Assembly: GCF_013149785.1 (NCBI RefSeq) | Contig: NZ_JABEZU010000005.1 | Span: forward strand, 1 to 64,000 | Origin: Isoptericola halotolerans | GTDB lineage: Bacteria; Actinomycetota; Actinomycetes; Actinomycetales; Cellulomonadaceae | Direction: 5' to 3' | Length of the DNA: 64,000 bases | Shown: one piece after another, positions 30,759-41,216 of the stretch | How positions within the stretch are numbered: the first letter of the stretch is position 1 | How the letters are laid out: the number at the start of each line of letters is the position of its first letter | Translations under genes and position numbers: made by a program | The notes under the pieces: model-generated | What the model was told of the DNA's origin: nothing | Databases searched by the model: none | What the model saw: the letters and a program-made list of their open reading frames with translations, nothing else

Positions 30759-31670
30759 TCAGGTCGTGCCGGGCGCCATGCGGTGCTGCTGGACCGCGTC
30801 GTAGGTGTCCTTCAGGGCGGCGGACGTCTCGTCGTACCGGCGTTGGGCCACCCGCACGAACAGGAAGTCGACGACGGCGAGCTGGGCGATCCGGCTCGAC
30901 AGCGCCCCCGAGCGGAACTGGGCCTCCCGCACGACCGTGCACAGCACCACGTCCGCGATGCTCGCCAGCGGCGAGGACGGGTCGTTGGTGACGGCGACGG
31001 TCGTCGCGCCCCGCGACCGGGCGAGGGTCAGGACCTGGTGGGCCTCGATGGTGCGACCGGTGTGGGACACCGCGAGGGCGACCGAGCCGGGGCCCAGCAG
31101 GGCGGCGGACTGGAGCTGCTGGTGCGAGTCCACCGGTGCCACGCAGACCAGGCCGATGCGAGCGAGCTTCTGGGCGAGGTCCTGGGCGGTGAGGCCGGAG
31201 GACCCGACGCCGTAGACGTCGACGCGGTGGGCGTCCGCGATCGCGGAGACCGCCCGCTCCAGCGCGTCGAGGTCGAGCATCCGCGCCGTCTCCTCGATGG
31301 TCCGTGCCTCGTGGAACGCGATCTTGGACACCACGTCGGTCGCGTCGTCGGTCAGCGTGATCTCGCCGGCGGCCACCCCGGAGCGTTCGTGCTCGGCGGC
31401 ACGGCGGCTCGTCGTCCGGGCCAGGTCGATGCGGAACTGCGGGTACCCCTCGTAGCCGACGGATCGGCAGAAGCGCACGACGCTCGCCTGTGAGGCACCG
31501 GCAGTGCGGGCGAGCTCGCCGATGGTGGCGCCGACCGCCGCGGACGGGTCGGCCAGGACGGTCTCGGCGATCCGGCCCTCCGCCGGTCGCATCGCCGGCA
31601 GCATCTGCCGCAGGCGGACCAGCAGGTCGCGCGTCTCCGCTCGGTCGGGGGAGGGCTGAGTGGTGGTCAC
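30759..31670 (-). CDS. MurR/RpiR-family transcriptional regulator
   Basis: HTH TIGELA...SQASVVRFCRSVGYEGY; SIS domain YGVGSS, SHTGRT, SSRIAQL. Confidence 0.92.
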   Translation of the reverse strand: MTTTQPSPDRAETRDLLVRLRQMLPAMRPAEGRIAETVLADPSAAVGATIGELARTAGASQASVVRFCRSVGYEGYPQFRIDLARTTSRRAAEHERSGVAAGEITLTDDATDVVSKIAFHEARTIEETARMLDLDALERAVSAIADAHRVDVYGVGSSGLTAQDLAQKLARIGLVCVAPVDSHQQLQSAALLGPGSVALAVSHTGRTIEAHQVLTLARSRGATTVAVTNDPSSPLASIADVVLCTVVREAQFRSGALSSRIAQLAVVDFLFVRVAQRRYDETSAALKDTYDAVQQHRMAPGTT

Positions 31671-31719
31671 CGCCCCAGTGTGGCACCGGCGGTGGCGGGG
31701 CGCGGGCTACGGTGGAGGG

Positions 31720-32796
31720 GTGCACGGACAGTACAAGGTTCCTGGCGGAAAGTTCGTGACGGTCGACCTGGGCGTGGACGACGGCCGGTTGGTCGACGTC
31801 CGTCTCTCGGGCGACTTCTTCCTCGAGCCGGACGAGGCCCTCGGGGTGATCGACGCCGCGCTGACGGGCCTGCCCGAGACGTCGTCGACCCGTGACCTCG
31901 CCGGCGCGGTCGACCGCGCGCTCGAGCGGGCGCAGGAGACGGGGGAGCTGCCCGGTCCGGTGGCGCTGGTGGGCTTCGACGCGTGGGCGGTGGGCGTGGC
32001 GGTCCGCCGCGCGCTGGGCCTGGCCACGAGCTGGGAGGACCACAGCTTCGAGGTGCTGCGACCGGGTCCGTTGCCACCTCGCACGCTGGCGGCGCTGGAC
32101 CAGGTGCTCACCGAGGAGCTGGCCGAGGGGCGCCGCGGCCCGACGTTGCGCTTCTGGGACTGGACGGAACGGGCCGTGTTCATCGGGTCGTTCCAGTCGT
32201 TGGCGAACGAGGTCGACCCGGTGGGCGTCGCGGCGCACGACGTCACGGTCGTGCGCAGGATCTCCGGCGGCGGTGCGATGTTCATGGAGGCGGGCAACTG
32301 CGTCACGTTCTCCCTGGTGGTCCCTGCGTCGCTGGTCGACGGGCTCAGCTTCGAGCAGTCGTACCGGTTCCTCGACGACTGGGTGATCGGCGCGCTGGGC
32401 GAGCTGGGCGTCGAGGCGTCCTTCGCCGGCATGAACGACGTGGCTTCCCCGGCAGGAAAGCTGGCCGGGTCGGCGCAGAAGCGGCTGGCCGGCGGCGCCG
32501 TGCTGCACCACATGACGATGGCGTACGACATCGACCACGACAAGATGCTCGAGGTGCTGCGGATCGGCCGCGAGAAGCTGTCCGACAAGGGCACGCGCAG
32601 CGCGAACAAGCGCGTCGACCCGTTGCGCTCGCAGACGGGGATGGCACGCGACGCGGTCGTCGACGCCTTCGAGAAGTACTTCCGGTCTCGCTACCGGACC
32701 CAGGACTCCGTGCTGCGTCCTGAGGAGCTGGAGCGGGCCGAGGACCTGGTCCGGACCAAGTTCGCCACCGAGGAGTGGATCCACCGGGTGCCCTGA
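31720..32796 (+). CDS. lplA: Lipoate-protein ligase with N-terminal accessory domain
   Basis: KVPGGK..GDFFLEPD N-terminal module, then RRISGGGAMF, NDV, GKLAGSAQ, LHH. Confidence 0.88.
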   Translation: MHGQYKVPGGKFVTVDLGVDDGRLVDVRLSGDFFLEPDEALGVIDAALTGLPETSSTRDLAGAVDRALERAQETGELPGPVALVGFDAWAVGVAVRRALGLATSWEDHSFEVLRPGPLPPRTLAALDQVLTEELAEGRRGPTLRFWDWTERAVFIGSFQSLANEVDPVGVAAHDVTVVRRISGGGAMFMEAGNCVTFSLVVPASLVDGLSFEQSYRFLDDWVIGALGELGVEASFAGMNDVASPAGKLAGSAQKRLAGGAVLHHMTMAYDIDHDKMLEVLRIGREKLSDKGTRSANKRVDPLRSQTGMARDAVVDAFEKYFRSRYRTQDSVLRPEELERAEDLVRTKFATEEWIHRVP

Positions 32797-32892
32797 CCCG
32801 GAGGCCGTCCCAGGTCACTGCCAGGTCACGATCCGGGGAGGGGCTTCCCTCTGCCCATGTTTGGCATTATTCTCCTTGCGTACAACGACGTG

Positions 32893-32907
32893 TGAAACTC
32901 ACTTTCA
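32893..32907. promoter_or_regulatory. Palindromic operator TGAAA-N5-TTTCA (candidate RpiR/MurR site)
   Basis: TGAAACTCACTTTCA in an AT-rich intergenic stretch immediately before RBS GGAGG. Confidence 0.65.
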
Positions 32908-32918
32908 TGGAGGACGCG

Positions 32919-34226
32919 ATGCGGCGGCACTTCAGCACCCGGGCGACGACGGCAGCGACGGCGGCGGTGGTCGCGCTCGTCGCCGCGGGCTGTTCGGGAC
33001 CCGACGGCGGCGGGGAGGGCGGCGGTGCGACCGACGCCGAGGGGCAGACCCTCGACGTCTGGATCATGCAGGGCACGAACCCCAGTGCGGACACCTTCTT
33101 CGACGAGGTCGGCGCCGCGTTCACGGCGCAGACCGGTGCCGAGCTCAACGTCGACTTCATCGAGTGGGCCGACGCGCACGACCGGTTCGTCACGTCGATC
33201 GCCGGCGGCACCACGCCCGACGTCGCCGAGACCGGCACCACCTGGACGCCGGAGTTTGCGGACGCGGGTGCGCTGGCACCCGTCGGCGACCACGTCACCC
33301 AGGCCGGGCTCGACGGCGACCTCGTCGAGGGCCTCGTCGACGCCGGGACCTACGAGGGCGAGCTCTACGGCATGCCCTGGTACGCCGGCGTGCGCGCGCT
33401 CGTCTACAACACGGAGATCTTCGACGACGCGGGGGTGGAGCCGCCGACGTCGTGGGCCGAGCTCGAGTCCGCCGCGCAGGCGATCCAGGACGAGCACCCC
33501 GACAAGATCGCCGTCGCCGTGCCGGGCGACGCCGAGTTCACGGTGTACCCGTGGGTGTGGGGCGCCGGAGGAGAGGTCGCCACCCTCGAGGGGGAGACGT
33601 GGACCTCACAGCTCGACAGCCCGGCCTCTCAGGACGGCCTGGCCTTCTGGACCGGGCTGGCCGAGCAGGGCCTGTCGTCCGCGGGCGCGACCACCTGGCG
33701 CGAGACCGACGTGCTCGACGCCTTCGCGGCGGGCGACGTCGGGATGGCGGTCATGGGCTCGTGGACCCCGGGCGCCATCCTCGAGGCCAACCCCGACATG
33801 GAGGGCAGGTTCGCCGCGGTACCGATCCCCGGGCAGGACGGCGGGATCGCCCCCTCGGTGCTCGGCGGGTCGCACCTGAGCATGTTCTCCACGTCCGAGA
33901 ACCAGGACCTGGCCTTCGCGTTCATCGAGCTCATGACCACCGGGGAGTTCGCCGAGAAGTGGGGCGAGCAGGCCGGCTACTTCCCCGGCCAGACGTCCCT
34001 GCTGGACGAGACGCTGGAGAGCACGGACCCGTTGGTCGCTCCCTTCGCCGAGCAGTTCGTCGACGGCGGTGCCTCCGTCCCGGTCTCGCCGGCCTTCGGC
34101 GCGGTCCAGGCGCGCGCGACCACCTCGACGATGATGCAGTCCATCCTCTCCGGCAGCTCCGACGTCGCCACCGCCAGCCGGAGCGCGGCCGAGGAGATGA
34201 CGAGCCTGCTGAACGGCGGCAGCTGA
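32919..34226 (+). CDS. Sugar ABC transporter substrate-binding lipoprotein
   Basis: Lipobox VAAGC; PDVAETGTTW, YGMPWYAGVRAL.YN, GGSHL. Confidence 0.92.
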   Translation: MRRHFSTRATTAATAAVVALVAAGCSGPDGGGEGGGATDAEGQTLDVWIMQGTNPSADTFFDEVGAAFTAQTGAELNVDFIEWADAHDRFVTSIAGGTTPDVAETGTTWTPEFADAGALAPVGDHVTQAGLDGDLVEGLVDAGTYEGELYGMPWYAGVRALVYNTEIFDDAGVEPPTSWAELESAAQAIQDEHPDKIAVAVPGDAEFTVYPWVWGAGGEVATLEGETWTSQLDSPASQDGLAFWTGLAEQGLSSAGATTWRETDVLDAFAAGDVGMAVMGSWTPGAILEANPDMEGRFAAVPIPGQDGGIAPSVLGGSHLSMFSTSENQDLAFAFIELMTTGEFAEKWGEQAGYFPGQTSLLDETLESTDPLVAPFAEQFVDGGASVPVSPAFGAVQARATTSTMMQSILSGSSDVATASRSAAEEMTSLLNGGS

Positions 34227-34229
34227 CGC

Positions 34230-35198
34230 ATGTCGTCCACCCTTCCCGTCACGGCGCCGGCGGAGCGTGGCACCACGTCCGCCGGCGCCGGTGGCCGGCG
34301 CGGCCGGTCCTGGGTCGCGCGGACCCGCCCCTGGTTGCTGCTGGCACCCGGCCTGGTCGTGCTCGTGGTGCTCATGCTGTGGCCGCTCGTGCGGGTCTTC
34401 CTGTTCTCCCTGCAGGACTACGGGCTGCCGCAGATCGTCTCGGGCGAGCAGGAGTGGAACGGCGTCGACAACTACGTCGAGGTCCTCACCTCCGCGCAGC
34501 TGTGGGCCGTCGTCCTGCCCAACACCATCGGCTTCGCCGCGCTGGCCGTCACCGCGACCGTCGCGCTGGGCACGGCCGTCGCCGTCCTCCTCGCCTCGCT
34601 CGGCACGCTGTGGCGCACCGTCGTGTCGAGCGCGATCATGGCCGCCTGGGCGATGCCCGCGGTGACCGGGACGTACGTGTGGATCTGGATCTTCGACGCC
34701 GACCGCGGGGTGTTCAACCACGTCCTGCAGACGCTCGGCCTCCAGGACCAGCCCGTCAACTGGTTCACCGACCGGTGGAGCTTCTACGCGATCGTGCTGC
34801 TCAACGTGGTGCACCACGGGTTCCCGTTCGTCGCCGTCACCGTCCTGGCGGGCCTGCTGGGCGTGCCCAAGGAGCTGCTCGAGGCGGCGGAGATCGACGG
34901 TGCCGGGGCCTGGCGCCGGTTCTTCTCGATCATCGTGCCGCAGCTGCGCCAGGTGTTCGCCGTGGTGATCATCATGTCGACCATCTGGGACTTCAAGGTG
35001 TTCGCGCAGGTCTATCTCATGCCGGGCGGAGCCGGGACCAACCGCGAGGTCCTCAACCTCGGGGTGTGGTCCTACGTGGAGTCGTTCGGCCAGAACCGCT
35101 ACGGCTTCGGGTCGGCCATCGCCGTGCTGCTCACCGTGATGCTGCTCGCGATCACCGTGGTCTACGTCCGCACGATCCTCAAGGAGGACGAGCTGTGA
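34230..35198 (+). CDS. Carbohydrate ABC permease
   Basis: EAA loop ELLEAAEIDGAG; several TM segments. Confidence 0.92.
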   Translation: MSSTLPVTAPAERGTTSAGAGGRRGRSWVARTRPWLLLAPGLVVLVVLMLWPLVRVFLFSLQDYGLPQIVSGEQEWNGVDNYVEVLTSAQLWAVVLPNTIGFAALAVTATVALGTAVAVLLASLGTLWRTVVSSAIMAAWAMPAVTGTYVWIWIFDADRGVFNHVLQTLGLQDQPVNWFTDRWSFYAIVLLNVVHHGFPFVAVTVLAGLLGVPKELLEAAEIDGAGAWRRFFSIIVPQLRQVFAVVIIMSTIWDFKVFAQVYLMPGGAGTNREVLNLGVWSYVESFGQNRYGFGSAIAVLLTVMLLAITVVYVRTILKEDEL

Positions 35199-36037
35199 GC
35201 ATGCTCAGCGTCCGGCGTCCCACGCGCGCCGTGCAGGTCGGCAAGGGCGTCGCCGTCGTGCTCCTGCTGTTCTTCACGCTGTTCCCGGCGTACTGGATGC
35301 TCGTCAGCGCCCTGGACGCCCGCGCCGGGCTCGGGACGTCCTTCCTGCCTGCCGAGCCGACGCTGGACCACTTCCGGTTCGTCCTCACTGAGGGCGGCTT
35401 CGACGTCTTCCTGCGCAACTCCGCGGTCGTCGCGCTGGCCACCGTGCTCGTCTCGGCGCTGCTGGCCCTGCTCGCCGCGGTGGCCGTGGCACGCTTCAGG
35501 TTCCGGGGGCGGCTGCAGATCCTGCTCATGGTGCTGGTCGTCCAGATGGTGCCGCTCGAGGCGCTCGTCATCCCCCTGTTCGTCCAGGTGCGTGACCTGC
35601 AGCTCCTGGAGACCCTCCTCGGGCTCGTGGTCGTCTACGTCGCCCTCGCGCTGCCGTTCGGGATCTGGATGCTGCGCGGCTTCGTCGCGGCGGTGCCGGT
35701 GGAGCTCGAGGAGGCCGCCTACATCGACGGTGCCAGCTGGGGCCGGATGTTCCGCTCCGTCCTCTTCCCCCTGGTCGCCCCCGGCCTCGTGGCCACGAGC
35801 ATCTTCAGCTTCATCACGGCATGGAACGAGTTCCTGTTCGCGATGACGCTGCTCGGCGGCGCGACCGACAGCTACACCGTGGCGATCGGGCTGCGGTCGT
35901 TCTTCGGGCAGTTCTCGAACCAGTGGGGCGCGATCATGGCCGCGTCCACGCTGATCACGGTCCCGGTGATGGTCTTCTTCATCCTGGTGCAGCGCCGCCT
36001 CGCCTCCGGGCTGACCGCAGGCGCGGTGAAGGGATGA
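35195..36037 (+). CDS. Carbohydrate ABC permease
   Basis: ELEEAAYIDGAS, FITAWNEFLFA, GLTAGAVKG. Confidence 0.92.
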   Translation: MSMLSVRRPTRAVQVGKGVAVVLLLFFTLFPAYWMLVSALDARAGLGTSFLPAEPTLDHFRFVLTEGGFDVFLRNSAVVALATVLVSALLALLAAVAVARFRFRGRLQILLMVLVVQMVPLEALVIPLFVQVRDLQLLETLLGLVVVYVALALPFGIWMLRGFVAAVPVELEEAAYIDGASWGRMFRSVLFPLVAPGLVATSIFSFITAWNEFLFAMTLLGGATDSYTVAIGLRSFFGQFSNQWGAIMAASTLITVPVMVFFILVQRRLASGLTAGAVKG

Positions 36038-37581
36038 GCGCGGTGGAGGGACCGGACGCCGTGCGGCGGGCGGTGCACGGCGTGCTCCTGCCCGGCTTCA
36101 CGGGGACGACGCCGCCGCGCTGGCTGACGGCGGCGGCCCGGCAGGGCCTGGCCGGGGTCGTGCTGTTCGGGCACAACACGCCCGACGTCGAGACCACCGC
36201 GCAGCTGACCGAGACGTTGCGCGACAGCGCCCCGCACCTGCTCGTCGCCGTCGACGAGGAGGGCGGCGACGTCACCCGGCTGGAGGCCCGCACGGGATCG
36301 TCCGTGCCGGGGCCGGCGGCGCTGGGGGCCGTCGACGACGAGCTGCTCACCCAGGACGTCGGGGAGGCCCTCGGCCGGCTGCTGGCCGCCACGGGCATCG
36401 ACCTCGACCTCGCGCCCGTGCTGGACGTGGACGTGCCGGGCAACCCTGTGATCGGTACCCGCGCCTACGGCGACGACGTGGACCGGGTCGAGCGGCACGG
36501 CGGGGCGTTCGTGCGCGGGCTGCACCGCGGCGGTGCCGGCGCCTGCGCCAAGCACTTCCCGGGCCACGGGAGCACGACGGTCGACTCCCACCTCGGGCTC
36601 CCCGTCGTGACCGCGGGTCTGGCGGAGCTCCGGCGCCGGGACCTCGTGCCCTTCGCCCGGCTCGTCGGCCGGGGCGACGACGGCCCCGACGCCCTCATGA
36701 CGGCCCACGTGGTGGTGCCGGAGATCGGCCCCGGTCCGGCGTCGCTGGAGCCGGGCACCGTCGCCCTGGCACGAGGGCTCGGGTTCGACGGTCCCGTCGT
36801 CACCGACGCGCTCGACATGCGCGCCGTCTCCGACGGGACGCACGTCGGTGCGGCGGCGGTCCGTGCCGTGCAGGCCGGCGCCGACCTGCTGTGCCTCGGG
36901 ACGACGGCGGGGCGCGACGACGAGGCCCTCTTCGAGGAGGCCGTGGGCGCCCTCGTGGCGGCCGTCGGGGACGGTCGCGTCAGCGTCGCGGCGCTCGCGG
37001 CGTCGGCCGCGCGGACCCGCGCGACGGTGTCCGCCATCCACGCCAGGCGCCGCCGGACAGGGGCGTCCGTGGGACCGCAGGCCGCGCGCGAAGCGCTGAC
37101 CGCCCTGCAGGCGGTCGGGGCCCGGGCCGCACGGGCCGCGGTGCGGACGCTCGGACCGGCCGCGGCCGTCCGGACCGCGCCCGCCGTCGTCGACCTGCGC
37201 AGGCCGCCCCACCAGGCGGCGGGCGATCGTGGGCGGCACGTCCTCGAGGCGCTCGTGCGACGGTGGCCGGGGGCGCTCGTGCACGCCGTGGCCACCGACG
37301 ACGCGCTCACCAGGCTGCTCGGTGAGCTGGACGCGCACGCCCGACGCCCGGTCGTGGTGGTGACCAGGGAGCTCGCGGCGGCGTCCGTGGAGGAGGCCCG
37401 GCTGGTCGCGCTGCGCGACCGGCGTCCCGACCTGGTCGTCGTGCACACCGGGGTGGCGGTCGACGCCTCGCGCTGGCTCGCCGCGGACCCGGCGCGGACC
37501 ACCGTCGTCCTGACCCACGGCGCCGGCCGCGCGACCGCCGACGCCGCCGCCCAGATCGTCGCAGGAGGAACAGCATGCTGA
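36034..37581 (+). CDS. nagZ: GH3 beta-N-acetylglucosaminidase
   Basis: VDEEGGDV, APVLD, KHFPGHGSTTVDSH (NagZ signature), MTAH, TDALDM. Confidence 0.88.
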   Translation: MSAVEGPDAVRRAVHGVLLPGFTGTTPPRWLTAAARQGLAGVVLFGHNTPDVETTAQLTETLRDSAPHLLVAVDEEGGDVTRLEARTGSSVPGPAALGAVDDELLTQDVGEALGRLLAATGIDLDLAPVLDVDVPGNPVIGTRAYGDDVDRVERHGGAFVRGLHRGGAGACAKHFPGHGSTTVDSHLGLPVVTAGLAELRRRDLVPFARLVGRGDDGPDALMTAHVVVPEIGPGPASLEPGTVALARGLGFDGPVVTDALDMRAVSDGTHVGAAAVRAVQAGADLLCLGTTAGRDDEALFEEAVGALVAAVGDGRVSVAALAASAARTRATVSAIHARRRRTGASVGPQAAREALTALQAVGARAARAAVRTLGPAAAVRTAPAVVDLRRPPHQAAGDRGRHVLEALVRRWPGALVHAVATDDALTRLLGELDAHARRPVVVVTRELAAASVEEARLVALRDRRPDLVVVHTGVAVDASRWLAADPARTTVVLTHGAGRATADAAAQIVAGGTAC

Positions 37582-38756
37582 TCGCCGGAGTCATGACGGG
37601 GACGTCCGTGGACGGTCTCGACGTCGCGCTCGTCGACCTCGACCAGAGTCTCGTGGAGGGTCGTCCCGAGCTGGCGATGCACGTGAGGGCACGGCGCGAG
37701 GTGCCGTTCCCCGACGATCTGGCGCTCGACATCCTGCGCCTCCTCGAACCTCGCGACGTGCCGATGTCCCTGGCCAGCAGCGTCGACGCGCGGCTCGGGC
37801 AGGCGTGCGCGGACGCGGTCGCAGCGCTCTGCGCCGACACCGGGGTCACGTGCGACCTCGTGGTGATGCACGGGCAGACCGTCCGGCACGACGTCGCGCA
37901 GGGAGTGGTGACGGCCACCTGGCAGCTCGGCCAGCCGGCGTGGGTCGCCGAACGCACCGGCTGCCCGGTGCTGTCCGACGTCCGGTCGCGGGACGTGGCC
38001 GCCGGCGGGCAGGGTGCCCCGCTCGCGGGGGTCCTGGACCACCTGCTGCTCGCCGACGTCGTGGAGCCGACGGCGATGCTGAACCTGGGCGGGATCGCCA
38101 ACCTCACGGTCGTCGCCCCCGGGCGGGAGACGATCGCCTTCGACTCCGGGCCGGCGAACGCGCTCGTGGACCTCATGGCCCGCCGGGTGACCGGCGACCC
38201 GCGGGGATTCGACCGTGACGGTCTGCTCGCCGCGCGCGGCGCGGTCGTCCCCGAGCTGCTCTTCGACCTGCTCCGCGAGCCCTACTACGCGCGGCCCGCA
38301 CCGAAGTCGACCGGCAAGGAGCTCTTCCACGCCGAGTATCTCGACCACTTCCTCGGCCACCACCCCGGGGCCGATCCCTACGACGTCGTCGCCACGCTCA
38401 CGCGGCTCACGGCGCGCACCGTCGCCGACGCCTGCCGGGCGCACGACGTCCGCGCCGTCGTCGCCTCGGGTGGCGGCACCCGCAACCCGGCGCTGACGGC
38501 CGCGCTGCGGGACGAGCTGGGCCCCGCGGTCCCGCTGCGGACCACCGACGAGGCCCTCGGGCTGCCCGAGGGCGCCAAGGAGGCGTGCCTCATGGCGCTC
38601 GTCGGCTGGCTGACGTGGCACGGGCTCCCGGCCACGTTGCCGAGCGTCACCGGAGCCTCCCACGCGACCGTCGCCGGTCGCCTCAGCCCCGGCGCAGCAC
38701 CGCTGCGCCTCCCCGAGCCGCTGGACGTCGCCCCGGCGGCCCTGCGCGTCCGGTGA
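37575..38756 (+). CDS. anmK: Anhydro-N-acetylmuramic acid kinase
   Basis: GVMTGTSVDGLD, HGQT, DVAAGGQGAPL, NLGGIAN, FDSGPAN, PKSTGKE, GGGTRN. Confidence 0.92.
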   Translation: MLIAGVMTGTSVDGLDVALVDLDQSLVEGRPELAMHVRARREVPFPDDLALDILRLLEPRDVPMSLASSVDARLGQACADAVAALCADTGVTCDLVVMHGQTVRHDVAQGVVTATWQLGQPAWVAERTGCPVLSDVRSRDVAAGGQGAPLAGVLDHLLLADVVEPTAMLNLGGIANLTVVAPGRETIAFDSGPANALVDLMARRVTGDPRGFDRDGLLAARGAVVPELLFDLLREPYYARPAPKSTGKELFHAEYLDHFLGHHPGADPYDVVATLTRLTARTVADACRAHDVRAVVASGGGTRNPALTAALRDELGPAVPLRTTDEALGLPEGAKEACLMALVGWLTWHGLPATLPSVTGASHATVAGRLSPGAAPLRLPEPLDVAPAALRVR

Positions 38757-38790
38757 CCTCGCGAACCACCACCCGTGAAGGAGAGATGAC

Positions 38791-40290
38791 ATGCTGCACA
38801 CCGTCGACCTGGTGGTCATCGTGGCCTACCTGGCCGCCACCGCCTGGCTCGGGCTGAAGCTCAGCGGCAAGCAGAAGGGCCTGCGCGACTACTTCCTGGG
38901 CAGTCGCAAGCTGCCGTGGTGGGCCGTGTGCCTGTCGGTGGTGGCCACCGAGACCAGCGCGCTGACCGTCGTCGGCACACCGGTCATGAGCTTCCTCGGC
39001 AACATCTCGTTCCTGCAGATGGCCATCGGTTACCTGCTGGGCCGGATCGTCGTGGCGTTCCTCATGCTGCCCCGCTACTACGACGGCGAGATGGTCACGG
39101 CCTACGCCTACCTCGGCAAGAGGTTCGGGCAGAGCACCCAGACCACGGCCGGCGTGACGTTCCTGTTCACGCGACTGCTCGCGGACGGTGTGCGGGTGCT
39201 GGCCGCGGCGATCCCGCTCAAGCTGATCCTCGACGGGATGGGCATCCCGACGAACTACTTCACCATCATCGTCGTGCTGGCCGTGGTCACGATCGCCTAC
39301 ACGTTCATCGGGGGCATCAAGGCCGTCGTCTGGGTCGACGTCGCCCAGATGCTGCTGTACGTGCTCGGCGGGATCCTCGCGATCGTCGTCATCTCGGTGC
39401 AGACCGGCGGTGGCTGGCTCACCGACGCGGCCGAGGCGGGCAAGCTGCAGATGTTCGTCTTCTCCGGCAACCCGATCTCCGACCCGTCGTCGTTCATCCC
39501 GTCCGTGCTCGGTGGCGCCGTCTTCGCGATGGCCTCGCACGGTGCCGACCAGCTCGTGGTCCAGCGGCTGCTCGCCTGCCGCAGCAAGGTCGAGGCGCAG
39601 AAGGCGATCATCTGGTCCGGCGTCGTGGTGTTCTTCCAGTTCGCCGTGTTCCTGCTCGTGGGCCTGGCGCTGTGGGGCTACTACGACCAGCGGACCCCGG
39701 CCGACCTCGGGCTCGTCCGTGACGACGAGATCTTCCCGCTGTTCATCATCGAGGGGCTGCCCCAGGGGCTGTCCGGCCTGCTGCTCGCGGCGATCCTCGC
39801 CGCCGCGATGAGCACGCTGTCGTCCTCCCTGAGCGCGCTGTCCTCCTCCACCGTGACCGACGTGTACGCCAAGCTCAGACGGTCTCCCGTGACGGACGAG
39901 CAGGGACTGCGCGTCGGACGCTGGGCGACCATCGGCTGGGGGCTCGCGTTCATCGCCCCCGCGGTGTTCTTCCAGTCCGACGAGGGCAACATCGTGGTGC
40001 TGGCCCTCGGCATCGCCGGCATCACCTACGGCGGGCTCCTCGGCGCCTTCGTGTTCGGCATCTTCAACAAGCGGGCCCGGGCCAAGGACGCCAACATCGC
40101 GTTCGTCGCGGCGATCGGCGTCAACCTCTACTTCTTCGTCATGGAGAAGTACGTCACCGGCGAGATCTGGCTCGCCTGGCAGTGGTACCCGCTGCTGGGT
40201 GTCATCGTCACCTTCGCCGTCGGGGGCCTGCTCTCGCTGCGCCACCCGGCCGTCCCGGCGGACGAGCGTGCGACGGAGCGGGTCGGATGA
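38791..40290 (+). CDS. Sodium:solute symporter
   Basis: DYFLGSR.LPWW, SVVATETS, GGIKAVVWVD, DQLVVQR, AAAMSTLSS. Confidence 0.9.
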   Translation: MLHTVDLVVIVAYLAATAWLGLKLSGKQKGLRDYFLGSRKLPWWAVCLSVVATETSALTVVGTPVMSFLGNISFLQMAIGYLLGRIVVAFLMLPRYYDGEMVTAYAYLGKRFGQSTQTTAGVTFLFTRLLADGVRVLAAAIPLKLILDGMGIPTNYFTIIVVLAVVTIAYTFIGGIKAVVWVDVAQMLLYVLGGILAIVVISVQTGGGWLTDAAEAGKLQMFVFSGNPISDPSSFIPSVLGGAVFAMASHGADQLVVQRLLACRSKVEAQKAIIWSGVVVFFQFAVFLLVGLALWGYYDQRTPADLGLVRDDEIFPLFIIEGLPQGLSGLLLAAILAAAMSTLSSSLSALSSSTVTDVYAKLRRSPVTDEQGLRVGRWATIGWGLAFIAPAVFFQSDEGNIVVLALGIAGITYGGLLGAFVFGIFNKRARAKDANIAFVAAIGVNLYFFVMEKYVTGEIWLAWQWYPLLGVIVTFAVGGLLSLRHPAVPADERATERVG

Positions 40291-41216
40291 GCGAGCGCAC
40301 CGGCGACGTCCTGTCACCCACCGAGCAGAGCAACCCGCGCACCGAGAGCATCGACGCCGTCCCGACGGCCGAGGTGCTGCGGATGATCAACACCGAGGAC
40401 CGGCGCGCCGTGGAGGCCGTCGCGGAGGTCCTGCCCGAGCTGGCGGCCGTCGTCGACCTCGCGGCCGAGCGCTTCCGGCGCGGGGGGACGGTGCACTACT
40501 TCGGCGCGGGGACGTCCGGCCGGCTCGGCGTCCTCGACGCGAGCGAGCTCCTGCCCACCTACAACCTCGAGCCCGGCCGCGTCGTCGGGCACATCGCGGG
40601 TGGTGCCGAGGCGCTCGTCAACGCGGTCGAGGACGCCGAGGACTCGGTCGTCGAGGGCCGCCGTGCCGCCGCAGGGCTGGGGCCCGACGACGTGGCGATC
40701 GGGCTCGCCGCCAGCGGTGGTACCCCGTACGTGGGGGGTGCGCTCCAGGCGGCGCGCGAGAACGGCGCGCACACCGTGCTCGTGTCCAGCAACCCGCACG
40801 CGCCGCTGGCCCGGCACGCCGACACGGACATCGTGCTGCGTACCGGCCCGGAGGCCGTCACGGGCTCCACCCGGCTCAAGGCCGGTACCGCCCAGAAGCT
40901 CGTCCTCAACAGCTTCTCGACGGCACTGATGATCGCCGTCGGGCGGACCTGGAAGAACCTCATGGTCTCCGTGGTGGCGACGAACGCCAAGCTGCGCGAG
41001 CGCACCGTGCGGATCCTGCAGGAGGCCACCGACCTCGAGGAGGACGCCGCGCGCGACCTGCTGGATCGCACCGGCGGTGAGCTCAAGCCGGCGATCGTCG
41101 TCGCGCTCGGTGGCGTCGGGGTCGACCGGGCGGTCGCGGCGCTCGCCGAGGGGTCGGGCTCCGTCCGCGCCGCGCTCGCCGCGCTGGGCGCCCCGGCGGG
41201 GGGTGCGGCCTCGTGA
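40287..41216 (+). CDS. murQ: N-acetylmuramic acid 6-phosphate etherase
   Basis: TEQSNP, GAGTSGRLGVLDASE, GPEAVTGSTRLKAGTAQKLVLN, TNAKLRER. Confidence 0.95.
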   Translation: MSERTGDVLSPTEQSNPRTESIDAVPTAEVLRMINTEDRRAVEAVAEVLPELAAVVDLAAERFRRGGTVHYFGAGTSGRLGVLDASELLPTYNLEPGRVVGHIAGGAEALVNAVEDAEDSVVEGRRAAAGLGPDDVAIGLAASGGTPYVGGALQAARENGAHTVLVSSNPHAPLARHADTDIVLRTGPEAVTGSTRLKAGTAQKLVLNSFSTALMIAVGRTWKNLMVSVVATNAKLRERTVRILQEATDLEEDAARDLLDRTGGELKPAIVVALGGVGVDRAVAALAEGSGSVRAALAALGAPAGGAAS

